Source: Dehalococcoidia bacterium
GTDB taxonomy: Bacteria; Chloroflexota; Dehalococcoidia; SZUA-161
DNA: 64,000 bases
NCBI GenBank assembly: GCA_014874385.1
Contig: JACWAE010000025.1
Coordinates: forward strand, 3,910 to 67,909
Reading direction: 5' to 3'
In this document: in pieces, positions 16,761 to 27,017 of the stretch
Position numbering within the stretch: position 1 is the first letter of the stretch
Layout: every line of letters starts with the position of its first letter
Position numbers and translations under genes: made by a program
The notes under the pieces: generated by a model
Seen by the model: the letters and a program-made list of their open reading frames with translations, nothing else
Told to the model about the DNA's origin: nothing
The model's database searches: none

Positions 16761-19700
16761 GTGGGGTGCAAAGTGAAAGAGATCACTCTTACCATCGATT
16801 CGCGAGAGGTCAAGGTGGAGGAAGGGACAACTATACTCAAGGCAGCGGAGAAGGCTGGAATCTACATACCGGCGCTGTGTAACTACCCCGGCCTGAAACC
16901 CCTGGCTGAGTTACAGCCCGATAGAGCCTGCCGCCTCTGTGTCGTTGAGGTGAAGGGCGTTGTCGAGCCCCAACTGGCTTGTATCACCCCTGTAACCGAA
17001 CGAATGGTTGTCTATACCAACAAACTGCGGCTCCAAAAACTGCGCCATCACAGCCTGAAGCTCATGCTTTCGAGATATCCCAATGCTCACCTCAAAGGAG
17101 GGAATGCCACACCATACGAAACCAGCTTCAAGGGCGGCAATGGAGAGCTGCAGAGAGCCATCGACCATATCGGGCTCGACGAGCTGCCTGAATATATTTC
17201 CAAGAAGCTGCCCATCCGAGAAGACAGCCCCTTCTGGATTCGTGATAATAACTATTGTATCCTCTGCGAACGCTGCGTCCGTGTCTGCGACGATATACGA
17301 GGGGCCAGGGCTATCGAGTTCGCTTACCCCTGCCATAAAGCCTGTCCTGCCGGCATAGACATCCCTCGCTACCTGCGCCTCATAGCCAGAGGCAGGCCAT
17401 CCGCTTCCCTGGCAGTGATTCGGGAGAGAGTCCCCTTCCCCGGCTCCCTGGGACGTGTCTGTGTGCATCCGTGCGAGCAGGCCTGTCAGCGCGGCAAAGA
17501 GGTGGACAAGCCGCTCTGCATCAGGATGATGAAGCGTTACGCTGCCGATAATAGCGATGATTCCTGGAAGAAGCGCGCCAAGAAACTCCCGCCCACCGGC
17601 AAGAACGTGGCGGTGGTGGGCGCAGGCCCTGCGGGACTGACCGCTGCCTACTATCTGGCCAAGCAGGGCCATAAAGTGACTGTCTTCGAGGCTCTCCCTG
17701 AAGCCGGCGGCATGATGAGGGTGGGCATACCCGAGTACCGTCTCCCGCGCAATATCCTGGGAGGCGAGATCGAGGATATCAAGGGCTTCGGCGTTGAGAT
17801 TAAACTGAACACCAGGGTCGATTCGCTGGACTCGGTTTTCGAGCAGGGTTACAACGCTGTCTTTCTCGGCCTGGGCTCGCATCAGGGGATGAGCCTGGGT
17901 GTGGAGGGGGATAATCTGCCTGGTGTTATAGAATCGGCGGAGTTCCTGCGCCGTGCCAACCTGGGCGAGAAGATAAACGTGGGCAAAGAAGTAGGCGTGG
18001 TCGGTGGGGGCAATGTCGCTATAGATGCAGCCCGCATTTCTTTGCGCCTGGGTGCTAAGAATGTGAAAATAATCTATCGCCGCACGCGGGCTGAGATGCC
18101 TGCCAACCCCGAGGAGGTGGACGCAGCACTGGAGGAAGGCATAGAAATTACCTATCTGGCTGCCCCTTCCAGGGTTACCCGCGAGGGCCACAAGCTGAAG
18201 CTGGAGTGCATCCGCATGGAGCTGGGCGAGCCCGACGCCAGCGGCAGACGCCGTCCCGTCCCTATCAAGGGCAGCGAGTTTGTTACCGAGCTTGATACCA
18301 TCATAGCTGCTATCGGGCAGCGCACCGACATCCCCGCTGGCTTTAAAGTCGAGGCGGGTAAAGGGAACGTAGTTAAGATAGATGCCAACCTGCAGACCAG
18401 TCGCCAGGGCGTGTTCGCCGGAGGTGACTGCGTCAGCGGCCCCTCCACCGTTATCGAAGCCATAGCGGCAGGAAGAAAAGCCGCTGAAACCATAGACCGA
18501 TACCTGGGAGGCAAGGGCGATATCTCCGAATCGCTCGTCGCTCCTGAAGAGGCCACCCATTTTACGGAGCACGACCTCCCGCCGGAGAAGCTGGCTGTCT
18601 TCTCACATCTTCATGCCAAAGATAGAATCCACAACTTCGATGAGGTCGAGCTTGAAATTCCTAAAGATATAGCTATAGCCGAGGCGCAGCGATGCTTACA
18701 GTGCAACGTTATCGCTCCACCCAATAAGCTCAACCTCAAAGAGGCCAACTGCCAGTTCTGCGGCGCTTGCGTGGATGCCTGCCCGGTGGTGGCCCTTATG
18801 GAGCGCAGCGCCATCGGTATGAGTCCCCCGGACCGTGTGGTGACCACCATCTGCCCCTACTGCGGCGTGGGCTGTCAGCTCAAGCTCGAGATAAAGAATG
18901 ACAAAATCATGCGCGTTGTCCCCGACCGCAAGGGTGCTGCCAACAAAGGTCAGGCCTGTGTCAAAGGCAAGTTCGGCCTCGATTTCGTGAACTCCCCTGA
19001 GCGCCTCACCGCGCCTCTCATCAGGCAGAAGAACGGCGAGTTCGTGGAGGCCACCTGGGGCGAGGCATACGACCTGATAACGGTCAGGCTCGCCGGATAT
19101 AAAGGAAACCAGTTCGCCGCCATATCTTCGGCCAAGTGCACCAACGAGGACAACTATGTCTTCCAGAAATTCACGCGGGCGGTGATGGGCACCAACAACA
19201 TAGACCACTGTGCCCGTCTCTGACACGCGCCCACTGTGGCCGGTCTGGCCACAAGCTTCGGCAGCGGCTCTATGACCAACTCCATTGAGGAGATTGCGGA
19301 TGCCAAATGCATCCTCGCTATCGGGACCAATACCACTGAAGACCATCCGGTTATCGCCCTCGAGATAAAGAAGGCGGTGGACAAGGGGGCCAAGCTCATC
19401 GTCGCCGACCCCCGCGAGATACCGCTGTGCCGCATGGCCCATATCTGGCTGCGCCACCGTCCCGGCACCGATGTGGCCCTGCTCATGGGCCTGTGCCGGG
19501 TGATATTCGACGAAGGCTTACTGGACAAGGCGTTCGTGGAGCAGCGCTGCGAGAACTTCGAGGAGTTCAAGAATGCTCTCAAGGGTTTCAACATAGAGCT
19601 TGTATCAGAGATCACCGGCGTCCCTGCCGCTACCATCGCTGAGGCGGCCAGGGTATATGCCACCAATGGCCCTGCTTCTATCCTCTACGCCATGGGCATC

Positions 19701-20870
19701 ACGCAGCACTCCCACGGCACAGACAATGTGCTGGCTGTAGCCAACCTCGCCATGCTCACGGGCAACGTGGGCAAGCGGGCTTCGGGGGTGAACCCCTTGC
19801 GCGGCCAGAACAATGTGCAGGGTGCCTGCGACATGGGCGCTCTGCCCAACGTGTTTACCGGCTATCAGCAGGTAGCAGGCCCCAGCGCGAGGTCGAAGTT
19901 CGAGGCTGCCTGGGGCTGTACCTTACCCTCAGAGCCGGGTCTTGTGCTCACCGATATGTTCCACGCTATGGACGAAGGCAAGGTCAAGGCAGTTTACATC
20001 ATAGGTGAGAACCCGGTGCTCAGCGACCCCGATGCCAGGCATATCAAAGAGGCGTTGAGCAAGCTGGAGTTCCTGGTAGTACAGGATATATTCCTCACCG
20101 AGACGGCGCAGTTCGCCCATGTGGTATTGCCCGGGGCAAGCTTCGCCGAGAAGAACGGCACCTTCACCAACACCGAGCGCCGCGTGCAGCGGGTGCGCAG
20201 GGCTATCGCCCCTCTGGGCACAGCCAGGCCGGACTGGCAGATAGTCTGCGAGGTAGCCCGTCGCATGAGGAGCAGGGGCTTCGAGTTCGCCACCGCTGAG
20301 GATGTTATGAAGGAGATCGCCGATGTAACACCTTCCTACGGCGGCATCAGCTTTGCCAGGCTGGAGAACGGCAGCCTGCAGTGGCCCTGCCCCACGGAAG
20401 ACCATCCCGGCTTGCAGTTCCTCCATGAGGGCATGTTCAGCCGAGGCAAGGGCAAGTTCGCCGCATTGGAGTACAAGCCGCCCAAGGAGCGGCCCGATGA
20501 TACCTACCCCCTGGTGCTGACCACAGGGCGCAGCCTGTTCCATTACCATACCGGCACCATGACCCGCAAATCGAAGGGGCTCAACGAGCTGAAGGGTGAG
20601 GAGGAGGTGGAGATCAATCCTCAAGATGCTAAAGCCCTGGGCATCGCCGATGGCGATAAAGTGCGCGTCATATCGCGCAGGGGTAAGGTGATAGCCAGAG
20701 CGAAAGTAACCAATAGCTTAATGAAGGGCGTAGTCTTCATGACCTTCCACTTTGCGGAGAGCGCCACTAACCTGCTCACCAATCCCGCACTGGACCCCGT
20801 ATCAAAAATCCCCGAGCTCAAGTTCTGCGCGGTACGGGTGGAGAAAGTCATCGAAAAGGTCCCTGCCTAG
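16761..20870 (+). CDS. fdhA: Selenocysteine-containing formate dehydrogenase alpha subunit fused to N-terminal 2Fe-2S and GltD-like NAD(P)H/FAD oxidoreductase modules
   Basis: ORFs 16761-19223 and 19236-20870 are in one frame, joined by TGA 19221-19223 in the canonical FDH active-site context '[30 protein letters not shown]'. Upstream modules: 2Fe-2S ('ACRLCVVEV'), 'VAVVGAGPAGLTAAYYLAKQGH' (GltD-like) and ferredoxin-type CxxCxxCxxxCP. The Mo-bisPGD cluster motif is 'CPYCGVGCQ'. Confidence 0.85.
19221..19260 (+). promoter_or_regulatory. Recoded UGA (Sec) plus downstream SECIS hairpin
   Basis: Hairpin GTGGCC-GGTCT-GGCCAC (19236-19252) begins 13 nt after the UGA. Its apical GGUCUG matches the apical loop sequence of the E. 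coli fdhF SECIS. Confidence 0.7.
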
Positions 20871-20892
20871 AAACCGCAACCAATTTAGAATT

Positions 20893-20920
20893 GTAGGGGC
20901 GGTTCGCGAACCGCCCCTAC
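20893..20920. repeat. GTAGGGGC...GCCCCTAC palindromic REP unit (possible terminator of fdhA)
   Basis: 28-nt perfect palindrome GTAGGGGCGGTTCGCGAACCGCCCCTAC, 23 nt after the fdhA stop and followed by a T-rich tract. Confidence 0.7.
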
Positions 20921-21009
20921 TTTCTTTCCTCAATCGTTTACGATATAATCCCACAAAGAGATTATTCGATAGTCAATCAAGCGGCGGCTTATCTAATCGG
21001 GAGGCTTAA

Positions 21010-21270
21010 TTGAGAATTAAGCTTACAGAACATGCGAGGGAGAGAGCTAAGGAGAGAGGAACTACTGAAGAAGAAATCGGATTGGTTCTAGCGAGCGATA
21101 GTGAAATTCAACTGAAGAAACGTCGAAAAAGTAAAGAGCTGGTTTTCGAGTATAATAAGAATTGGCTGGGCAAACACTATCCCCAGAAAAAGGTCAAGGT
21201 GGTGTATACTGAGGAAAACGACGATACAGTGGTGATTACAATTAAGGTATTCTATGGCAGGTGGGGGTAA
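21010..21270 (+). CDS. DUF4258-like toxin candidate
   Basis: 86 aa, 'KLTEHARERAKERGTTEEEI' N-terminus, TTG start. Sits directly upstream (3-nt gap) of a DUF2283-like gene. Confidence 0.55.
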   Translation: MRIKLTEHARERAKERGTTEEEIGLVLASDSEIQLKKRRKSKELVFEYNKNWLGKHYPQKKVKVVYTEENDDTVVITIKVFYGRWG

Positions 21271-21273
21271 ATC

Positions 21274-21498
21274 ATGAGAATTAGCTATGACCCGAAGTAC
21301 GATACACTTTATCTGAAGATTGGGGAGGCCGAAAAAGTCCTCTGCAAGGAAGTGGACGAGGATATCACTCTGGACATGGATGCAAAGGGGAAATTGGTCG
21401 GAATAGAGGTCCTTTCAGCATCCGAACACGTAGATTTGGCGCATTTATTGCCGGTAGAAATAAGGAAAGAGATAGCCAGGTCTTCCCGAAGAAGGTAG
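21274..21498 (+). CDS. DUF2283-like antitoxin candidate
   Basis: 'MRISYDPKYDTLYLKIGE...DMDAKGKLVGIEVLSAS' matches the DUF2283 pattern. Confidence 0.65.
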   Translation: MRISYDPKYDTLYLKIGEAEKVLCKEVDEDITLDMDAKGKLVGIEVLSASEHVDLAHLLPVEIRKEIARSSRRR

Positions 21499-21689
21499 GG
21501 TTCCCTCGTTATGGACATAGAAGCCAGGTTCAGAACTAAGAGTGCTCGCTTTGTAGATGAGCGTAAGCTGGAGTTGAAAGCAGGGCTTGAGAGAAGGCTT
21601 GAGCGCTCTTTATCTTCCCAAGCAAAAGGCATACTTGTGGGGAAGGTGGTAAAGAGTTGAGTCTGGAGTGGTAAGTTCTTTCGGGTAGC

Positions 21690-21738
21690 TTGGAGCATCC
21701 GCTCCAACGAGTAGGGGCACAGCGCGCTGTGCCCCTAC
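21690..21738. repeat. Composite REP: TTGGAGCATCCGCTCCAAC hairpin plus GTAGGGGC palindrome
   Basis: Hairpin TTGGAGC-ATCC-GCTCCAA is followed by GTAGGGGCACAGCGCGCTGTGCCCCTAC. The same leading hairpin recurs at 60952. Confidence 0.65.
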
Positions 21739-21812
21739 ATAATTAGTCAGCATTCCTCCAACAGACTAACCTATTTATTTTAGCTGGCGAACAGTTTAAA
21801 CTTGCTGTAAAC

Positions 21813-22595
21813 ATGGAAAACCTGAGGAAATACGGCAGTAAGCCTTTCCGTGTGGCTGTAATTCACGGCGGGCCGGGTGCGCCCGGAGAAATGGCGCCGG
21901 TGGCGCGAGAGCTATCCTCTACCATGGGCGTCCTGGAGCCGCTGCAAACAGCGACTACGCTCGAAGGGCAAGTCCGAGAGCTCAAGGCCGTTTTGGAGAG
22001 ACACGCAGCTATTCCCGTCACCTTGATCGGTTTCTCCTGGGGAGCTCTACTCAGCTTTATTTTTACTGCTCGATATCCTTCCTTCGTACGGAAACTCATA
22101 CTCATTGGCAGTGCGCCCTACGAGGATAGATATGCCCTGAGTATTACACAGATGCGGCTGAGTCGGCTCAACGAGCAAGAAAGACAGCAAGCCATCTACC
22201 TGATGCAGACTTTGAACGACTCCTGCATTTCAGACAAGAACACGCCCCTGGCACGGCTGGGAAAGCTGCTATCCCAAGCCGACTCATATGACCCTTTGCG
22301 CTATGACGACGAGATACTGGAATGCCAGTACGATGTCTTCCAGGGTGTGTGGGAACAGGCTGAGCAGCTTAGAGGCAGCGGCAAGCTTCTGGAGTTGGGT
22401 AGGAAAATCAAGTGCCCGGTAATCGCCATCCACGGTGACTACGACGCTCATCCCGCCGCAGGAGTCAAGGAGCCTCTTTCTCGCGTTCTGAGAGACTTTC
22501 GATTTATCATGTTGGAGAAATGCGGCCACCGCCCCTGGCTCGAACGCAGCGCCAGAGACAGGTTTAACAATATCCTTAAAGAGGAGGTTCCATGA
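21813..22595 (+). CDS. Alpha/beta hydrolase
   Basis: 'VIHGGPGAPG' and the nucleophile elbow 'GFSWGA'. C-terminal 'GHRPWLE' provides the His. Confidence 0.75.
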   Translation: MENLRKYGSKPFRVAVIHGGPGAPGEMAPVARELSSTMGVLEPLQTATTLEGQVRELKAVLERHAAIPVTLIGFSWGALLSFIFTARYPSFVRKLILIGSAPYEDRYALSITQMRLSRLNEQERQQAIYLMQTLNDSCISDKNTPLARLGKLLSQADSYDPLRYDDEILECQYDVFQGVWEQAEQLRGSGKLLELGRKIKCPVIAIHGDYDAHPAAGVKEPLSRVLRDFRFIMLEKCGHRPWLERSARDRFNNILKEEVP

Positions 22596-23401
22596 CAGCA
22601 AAGCAGTTTCCGCTGAAGGGATATACACTGCCGTTAACACCCCAGGGCCGATCGTCCATAGTTGAACCACCGCCCTGGTATTACGGCGGTGAGGTGATGC
22701 AGCTAGTCTTCCGTACCGATGCAAAGCGGGCTAAGAAGTTGATCCCGCCGCCTCTGGAGATGGGCCCGGAGCCGGGAAAGGGAATTGTGTGGTTCGTAGA
22801 ATGGGTCTCGGTGAGCGAATCGAATCCCGAGCTGGCCTTTATCAACCCGGAGCGGGCTGTTTACCAGGAGTGCCTGGTAATGATTCAGTGCAGTTTCCGG
22901 GGGGAACCGGGCTACATAGTGCCTTATATCTGGGTGGATAACGATTTCACCCTGATGCGCGGCTTTGTGCAGGGATTTCCCAAGAAGCTGGCCCGCATCT
23001 ATCGCACGAAGCTCAGCGAGTTGAATCCCAAAATAGGTGGCAAGCGCGTTGGGGCAAAGATAAAAGGCATCTGCGAGGCCCACGGTGAAAGAATAGTGGA
23101 AGGCTCCCTGGTTTTTACCCGTCAGGCTGTCGCCTCGGAGTTGCCGTCAGTACGATTTTATCTGATGCGTCATTTCCCGGATATCGAAAACCCTGCCAAA
23201 CCAGCAGTGCACGAGCTTGCAATCAGCCAGATCTCAGACGTCAGGGTGGCGGACGTCTGGGCGGGTGACGCAGACCTCAAATTCTTCGAGTCAGCCGTGG
23301 AAGAGGTGGCTGCCCTTGCGCCGGTGGAGATGCTGGGCGGATTTTTTCATAGCATGGGTCTCACCATCACAGGCGGCAAGGTGGTCTACAAGTACCGGTA
23401 G
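22592..23401 (+). CDS. Acetoacetate decarboxylase (ADC) family protein
   Basis: 'PPPWYYGGEVMQLVF' N-terminal block typical of the ADC-like beta-cone family. ATGA overlap with the upstream hydrolase. Confidence 0.65.
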   Translation: MTAKQFPLKGYTLPLTPQGRSSIVEPPPWYYGGEVMQLVFRTDAKRAKKLIPPPLEMGPEPGKGIVWFVEWVSVSESNPELAFINPERAVYQECLVMIQCSFRGEPGYIVPYIWVDNDFTLMRGFVQGFPKKLARIYRTKLSELNPKIGGKRVGAKIKGICEAHGERIVEGSLVFTRQAVASELPSVRFYLMRHFPDIENPAKPAVHELAISQISDVRVADVWAGDADLKFFESAVEEVAALAPVEMLGGFFHSMGLTITGGKVVYKYR

Positions 23402-23605
23402 CCGCGCAGGGAGACTCTGAGTAGTCAAACAATTTCCCGGGTCTCTGTTATGTCGCTCCCCAAATACTTTGTCTGGAGCAGGCATTTCTGCGCAAGCATA
23501 ATAAGATACTCTGCCACAAATCAGTTGACTTCTTAATCCATTTCGCTTACATTCTCTGACATTAATCATAGTTGGTTTACTTGCCTGAGGAGAAACAACG
23601 AGGAA

Positions 23606-25297
23606 TTGATGGAGAATCTGCCGACACCTCCGCCGGGCATTGCGGTAACCTGGCGGCGCTTGATGTGGGAAGCTATTAAGAGAGAGTGGCCTATATGGCT
23701 TACTTGCCTTGCTATTCTCGCTAATGGGCTATTGCCCATCTTCCACACGTTGTTGACACGTTTTCCTCCTCATCCTCGTTTCTTTGATTTAGTTTTGCCC
23801 TTCGGCATATTCCACTTGAGCCGTTCACTAACAGTGGCGATAGGTTTCGTTCTTGTTTATCTGTCCTTTCGCCTACTTCAGCGCCGCAGGGTGGCTTGGT
23901 GGCTCGCCATCGTGAGTCTATTTTTGGCCCTGATCATGAACCTCGGTTCGCAGCAGTGGTATGAAGCCCCGGCTCCAGGAGTGACATTGACGCTCATGCT
24001 TATCTTCCGCAGACGGTTCTCCGTGCGCACTGAACGTCACAGCATAACACGGGGTTTGGCACTTTCGCTTGTTGTCGTGTTGTTTGCGGTAGTGTACGGG
24101 ATTGTAGGCTTCAGTTTCCTTGACCGCCGTGATTTTGGCGTCAATTTCAGTTTTGGAGGGGCATTAGTCAGAACGTTGCGTGAGCTCTTCTTCGTCGGTA
24201 ACTCCGACCTGGTGACGCACAGCAATTATGCCCGTTGGTTTATGGACTCACTCGACCTTATGGGGGTTCTGGCTTTCGGTTTCTCAGCCTACAGTATATT
24301 CCGCCCTGTTGCGTACAGGCTCCAGGTGGTGCCTCAAGAGATCGCAGAGGCAAAGGCTATCCTGGAGAAGTATGGCCGGTCCTCCTATGACTACTTTAAG
24401 GTCTGGCCCGATAAATCCTATTTCTTCTCCGACACCCGCAAATCATTTGTCTCATACAAAACGGTCATGAGTGTGGCTTTTTGCCATGGAGATCCTGTAG
24501 GGCCTGATGATGAGATGGAAAATACTGCCTGTGCGTTTCTGCGCTTCTGTTCTGACAATGGCTGGTTGGTCTCACTCTTATGGCCGGATTTGCTCCCCAT
24601 GTACAAGCGGATTGGCCTATCTGTGCTAAAAATTGGCGAAGAGGCCATAGTCGACCTTGACCATTTCAGCTCTCATACTATAGAGGCTAAGTATTTTCGC
24701 AAGATCAGGCGCAGGTTCGAAGCCAGAGGTTATAAACTATCCCGACACAAGCCTCCCCACTCACCGACAACGCTGGATGAGGTGGAAGCGGTTTCAAAGC
24801 AGTGGCTCTCTGAACCCGGGCGGCACGAGTTCGGTTTTCTCGAGGGACGCTTTAAGCGAAGCTATATGGCAGCGACTCCACTTGTCGTTCTCCGAGACTC
24901 CACAGGACATCCTTTGGCTTTCGTCAACGAAATACCCTCTAGTAGGCCAGGGGAGGCAAATTTCGACTTAGCAAGACACGTACCTGGAGTGCCGCCCGGT
25001 ACCATGGACTACATATTTACAGAATTAATGCTGGCTTTAAGACAAGAGGGATACCGTTCGTTCAATTTAGGAGTAGCGCCATTCGCTGGTATAGGAGAGA
25101 GGCCCGAGGCGACGATAGAAGAACGAGCTGTTCATCAACTCTTTGAACGTTTCACTCGGTTCGTGTCTTACAAAGGACTTAGCGACTACAAGGTCAAATT
25201 CGAGCCGAATTGGGAGGATCGCTTCCTTGTCTATCAGGGCGGCCCCATCGGTCTGGTGAGAGTAGCGCTCGCCATAGGTCGTGCACTGGAAGGATGA
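23606..25297 (+). CDS. MprF-like phosphatidylglycerol aminoacyl(lysyl)transferase (DUF2156 C-terminal domain)
   Basis: N-terminal polytopic region plus a C-terminal 'SYDYFKVWPDKSYFF...FVSYKTVMSVAFCHGDPVGP' LPG-synthase_C-like domain. Confidence 0.65.
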   Translation: MMENLPTPPPGIAVTWRRLMWEAIKREWPIWLTCLAILANGLLPIFHTLLTRFPPHPRFFDLVLPFGIFHLSRSLTVAIGFVLVYLSFRLLQRRRVAWWLAIVSLFLALIMNLGSQQWYEAPAPGVTLTLMLIFRRRFSVRTERHSITRGLALSLVVVLFAVVYGIVGFSFLDRRDFGVNFSFGGALVRTLRELFFVGNSDLVTHSNYARWFMDSLDLMGVLAFGFSAYSIFRPVAYRLQVVPQEIAEAKAILEKYGRSSYDYFKVWPDKSYFFSDTRKSFVSYKTVMSVAFCHGDPVGPDDEMENTACAFLRFCSDNGWLVSLLWPDLLPMYKRIGLSVLKIGEEAIVDLDHFSSHTIEAKYFRKIRRRFEARGYKLSRHKPPHSPTTLDEVEAVSKQWLSEPGRHEFGFLEGRFKRSYMAATPLVVLRDSTGHPLAFVNEIPSSRPGEANFDLARHVPGVPPGTMDYIFTELMLALRQEGYRSFNLGVAPFAGIGERPEATIEERAVHQLFERFTRFVSYKGLSDYKVKFEPNWEDRFLVYQGGPIGLVRVALAIGRALEG

Positions 25298-25405
25298 GGA
25301 AATGTGGAGCATGCTATCCCGGCAGACACAGGTTTCCCTACTTAGAAATCATATGCTCCAAATCGGCTTTGTCCTGTGGTGGGGCTTGGCGAAAAGCTCC
25401 TGAGC

Positions 25406-26215
25406 CTATATTGGGATGGTCTTCGAACCCCTGACCCCTCTGACCCTGTTCCACTCGGCGGTGCCGAGATACTTTATCCTCCGCGCCGATTCCCCCAGGT
25501 AAGATGTGCGCAAGAGTTGTATGGCTTTGCTTCCATATTTTTGCCGCACCCTCTTGCCTAAGTCGAGGTCCTCCCGGAAGCCCTTTGTCGGATCCAGCGT
25601 CTCATCGTAACCGCCTAATTCATTGAAGGCACTCTTCCAGATGGCTATACCCCTGCCTGTGGTATATGCTTTAGGCTTGAGCCAACTGCGCAGCATGAGC
25701 GATGCCGCAGGGAAGAAGACACCCTCCGCTACAGGGTCAGCGCCATGGGCCAGGACGTATCCTTCGTCCAGAGCGGCCACCACATCCTGGATATAGGTGG
25801 GGGTAAACAGGCAATCCGCATCAACAAACACCAGTATCTCGCCCTGTGCTTCCATCGCCCCCACGTTGCGGGCATGGGGCAGATTCAGCTTGGGGACAAA
25901 GATGTACTTTGCTTTGTAGGCCTGGCATATCTCCAGGGTTTCATCGCTTGAAGGAGGGGGGCTGCTATCTGCTACAACGATTTCTATGGGCTGGTATGTC
26001 TGGTTACGGATGGTCTCCAGAAGCTTAGGGAGGTATTCCTCCTCCATCAGTGTTGGAATAACCACAGAGACTAAGCGCCCCATAACCTGGTAGGCAGGTG
26101 GCCCGGTGGAAGCCTGGCCTATCCTGTACACAACCACCCTTGTCGTTATGTAGGCGCCTAAGAACGCCCCAACGACCCCTGATCCGAGTACCCCGCCCAC
26201 AATTTCCCCAGCCAT
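25406..26215 (-). CDS. Glycosyltransferase family 2 with N-terminal TM anchor
   Basis: 'VSVVIPTLMEEEYLPKLLETIRNQTY' and a DxD ('VDADC'). Confidence 0.8.
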   Translation of the reverse strand: MAGEIVGGVLGSGVVGAFLGAYITTRVVVYRIGQASTGPPAYQVMGRLVSVVIPTLMEEEYLPKLLETIRNQTYQPIEIVVADSSPPPSSDETLEICQAYKAKYIFVPKLNLPHARNVGAMEAQGEILVFVDADCLFTPTYIQDVVAALDEGYVLAHGADPVAEGVFFPAASLMLRSWLKPKAYTTGRGIAIWKSAFNELGGYDETLDPTKGFREDLDLGKRVRQKYGSKAIQLLRTSYLGESARRIKYLGTAEWNRVRGVRGSKTIPI

Positions 26216-26483
26216 AGCAATTACATTATATTTCTTAAAAGACTATATAGCAACAGCAATAGGCAGGTCGTTTACTAACTGGGGGTATCCCCCACTTTCT
26301 TAATCCCCCCAAGATTGGGGACATAGGGGTTGAAGACAGATCGATAAACGACTTCCGCTGTTGAGACGAAGACAGCATTAAATGCCACAGGGCATCGCTT
26401 TCAGGGTGATAGGCAGATTAAGGAAGCGCAACTGAGGAATTTCTCTAAGTGAATAGAGCAAAATGTCTTGAGTGTACTGCAAT

Positions 26484-26747
26484 CTAGAGTAAGACGAGTC
26501 CGATTGGTATGCCAACTATGGTAGCACACAGTATAAAGCCGCCCAAGATTAGCCCTCCGACTAGTGTGGCTTCGGGAGGTGCTGCTGCAGCGCCAGCAGG
26601 TGGGGCTATGAGCAATGGGAATAAGGATACGAAGAATATCAGGCCCGCAATTCCCCAATAGGCAGAACCTGAACCAAGGTTTTGTATCAACCTTCTTCTA
26701 ATGAAAGCTTGCCTCTTGCACTCAAGTCGAACCAGCAATTCCAGCAT
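26484..26747 (-). CDS. Small hypothetical membrane protein
   Basis: 87 aa with two hydrophobic segments ending 'CATIVGIPIGLVLL'. Support is weak. Confidence 0.3.
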   Translation of the reverse strand: MLELLVRLECKRQAFIRRRLIQNLGSGSAYWGIAGLIFFVSLFPLLIAPPAGAAAAPPEATLVGGLILGGFILCATIVGIPIGLVLL

Positions 26748-26894
26748 ATCAACCCCCTGCGATTAGTCTTTGAACCCCTCCACCAACAAGTTTAACATAG
26801 CAAATTAGCCCCTCTATGTCAAGGCGAACGTGTGACTGGCCTTTTCAGTGAATTGTCTTCCTCGGCGGAATAGCTCAGCTCTCTCGCATCCGGC

Positions 26895-27017
26895 CTAGGT
26901 CGCCTTTTCGCTCTTACTGTGGGAGTGGCTGGATAATTTCCGCAGATATTCGGCCCCTGTTAGATGGCCCTTTTCTATCATCTCGGTGGCGTGATTGAAA
27001 TCCCAGATGCCCAGCTC
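26895..27017 (-). pseudogene. Relic of a patatin-like 3' end (41 codons including stop)
   Basis: Reverse-strand translation 'ELGIWDFNHATEMIEKGHLTGAEYLRKLSSHSHSKSEKAT*' aligns with the C-terminus of the intact patatin gene ('GTWDFNHTTEMIEKGHQTGVEYLRQLSSHARISDKKAT*'). It is preceded by an in-frame TAA. Confidence 0.7.

Noticed and set aside
16911-18572. 553-aa ORF on the minus strand (plus 18696-19457, 19154-19666 and 19929-20624)
   Set aside because: These are antisense to the strongly supported FDH gene. Their translations are low-complexity and Ala/Gly/Arg-rich, typical of GC-rich antisense frames, with no recognisable motifs.
19221-19235. TGA at 19221-19223 as a genuine stop separating two genes (16761-19223 and 19236-20870)
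   Set aside because: The stop falls exactly at the conserved Sec/Cys position of formate dehydrogenases ('[14 protein letters not shown]'). The downstream ORF is in the same frame, has no RBS of its own, and a SECIS-like hairpin follows.
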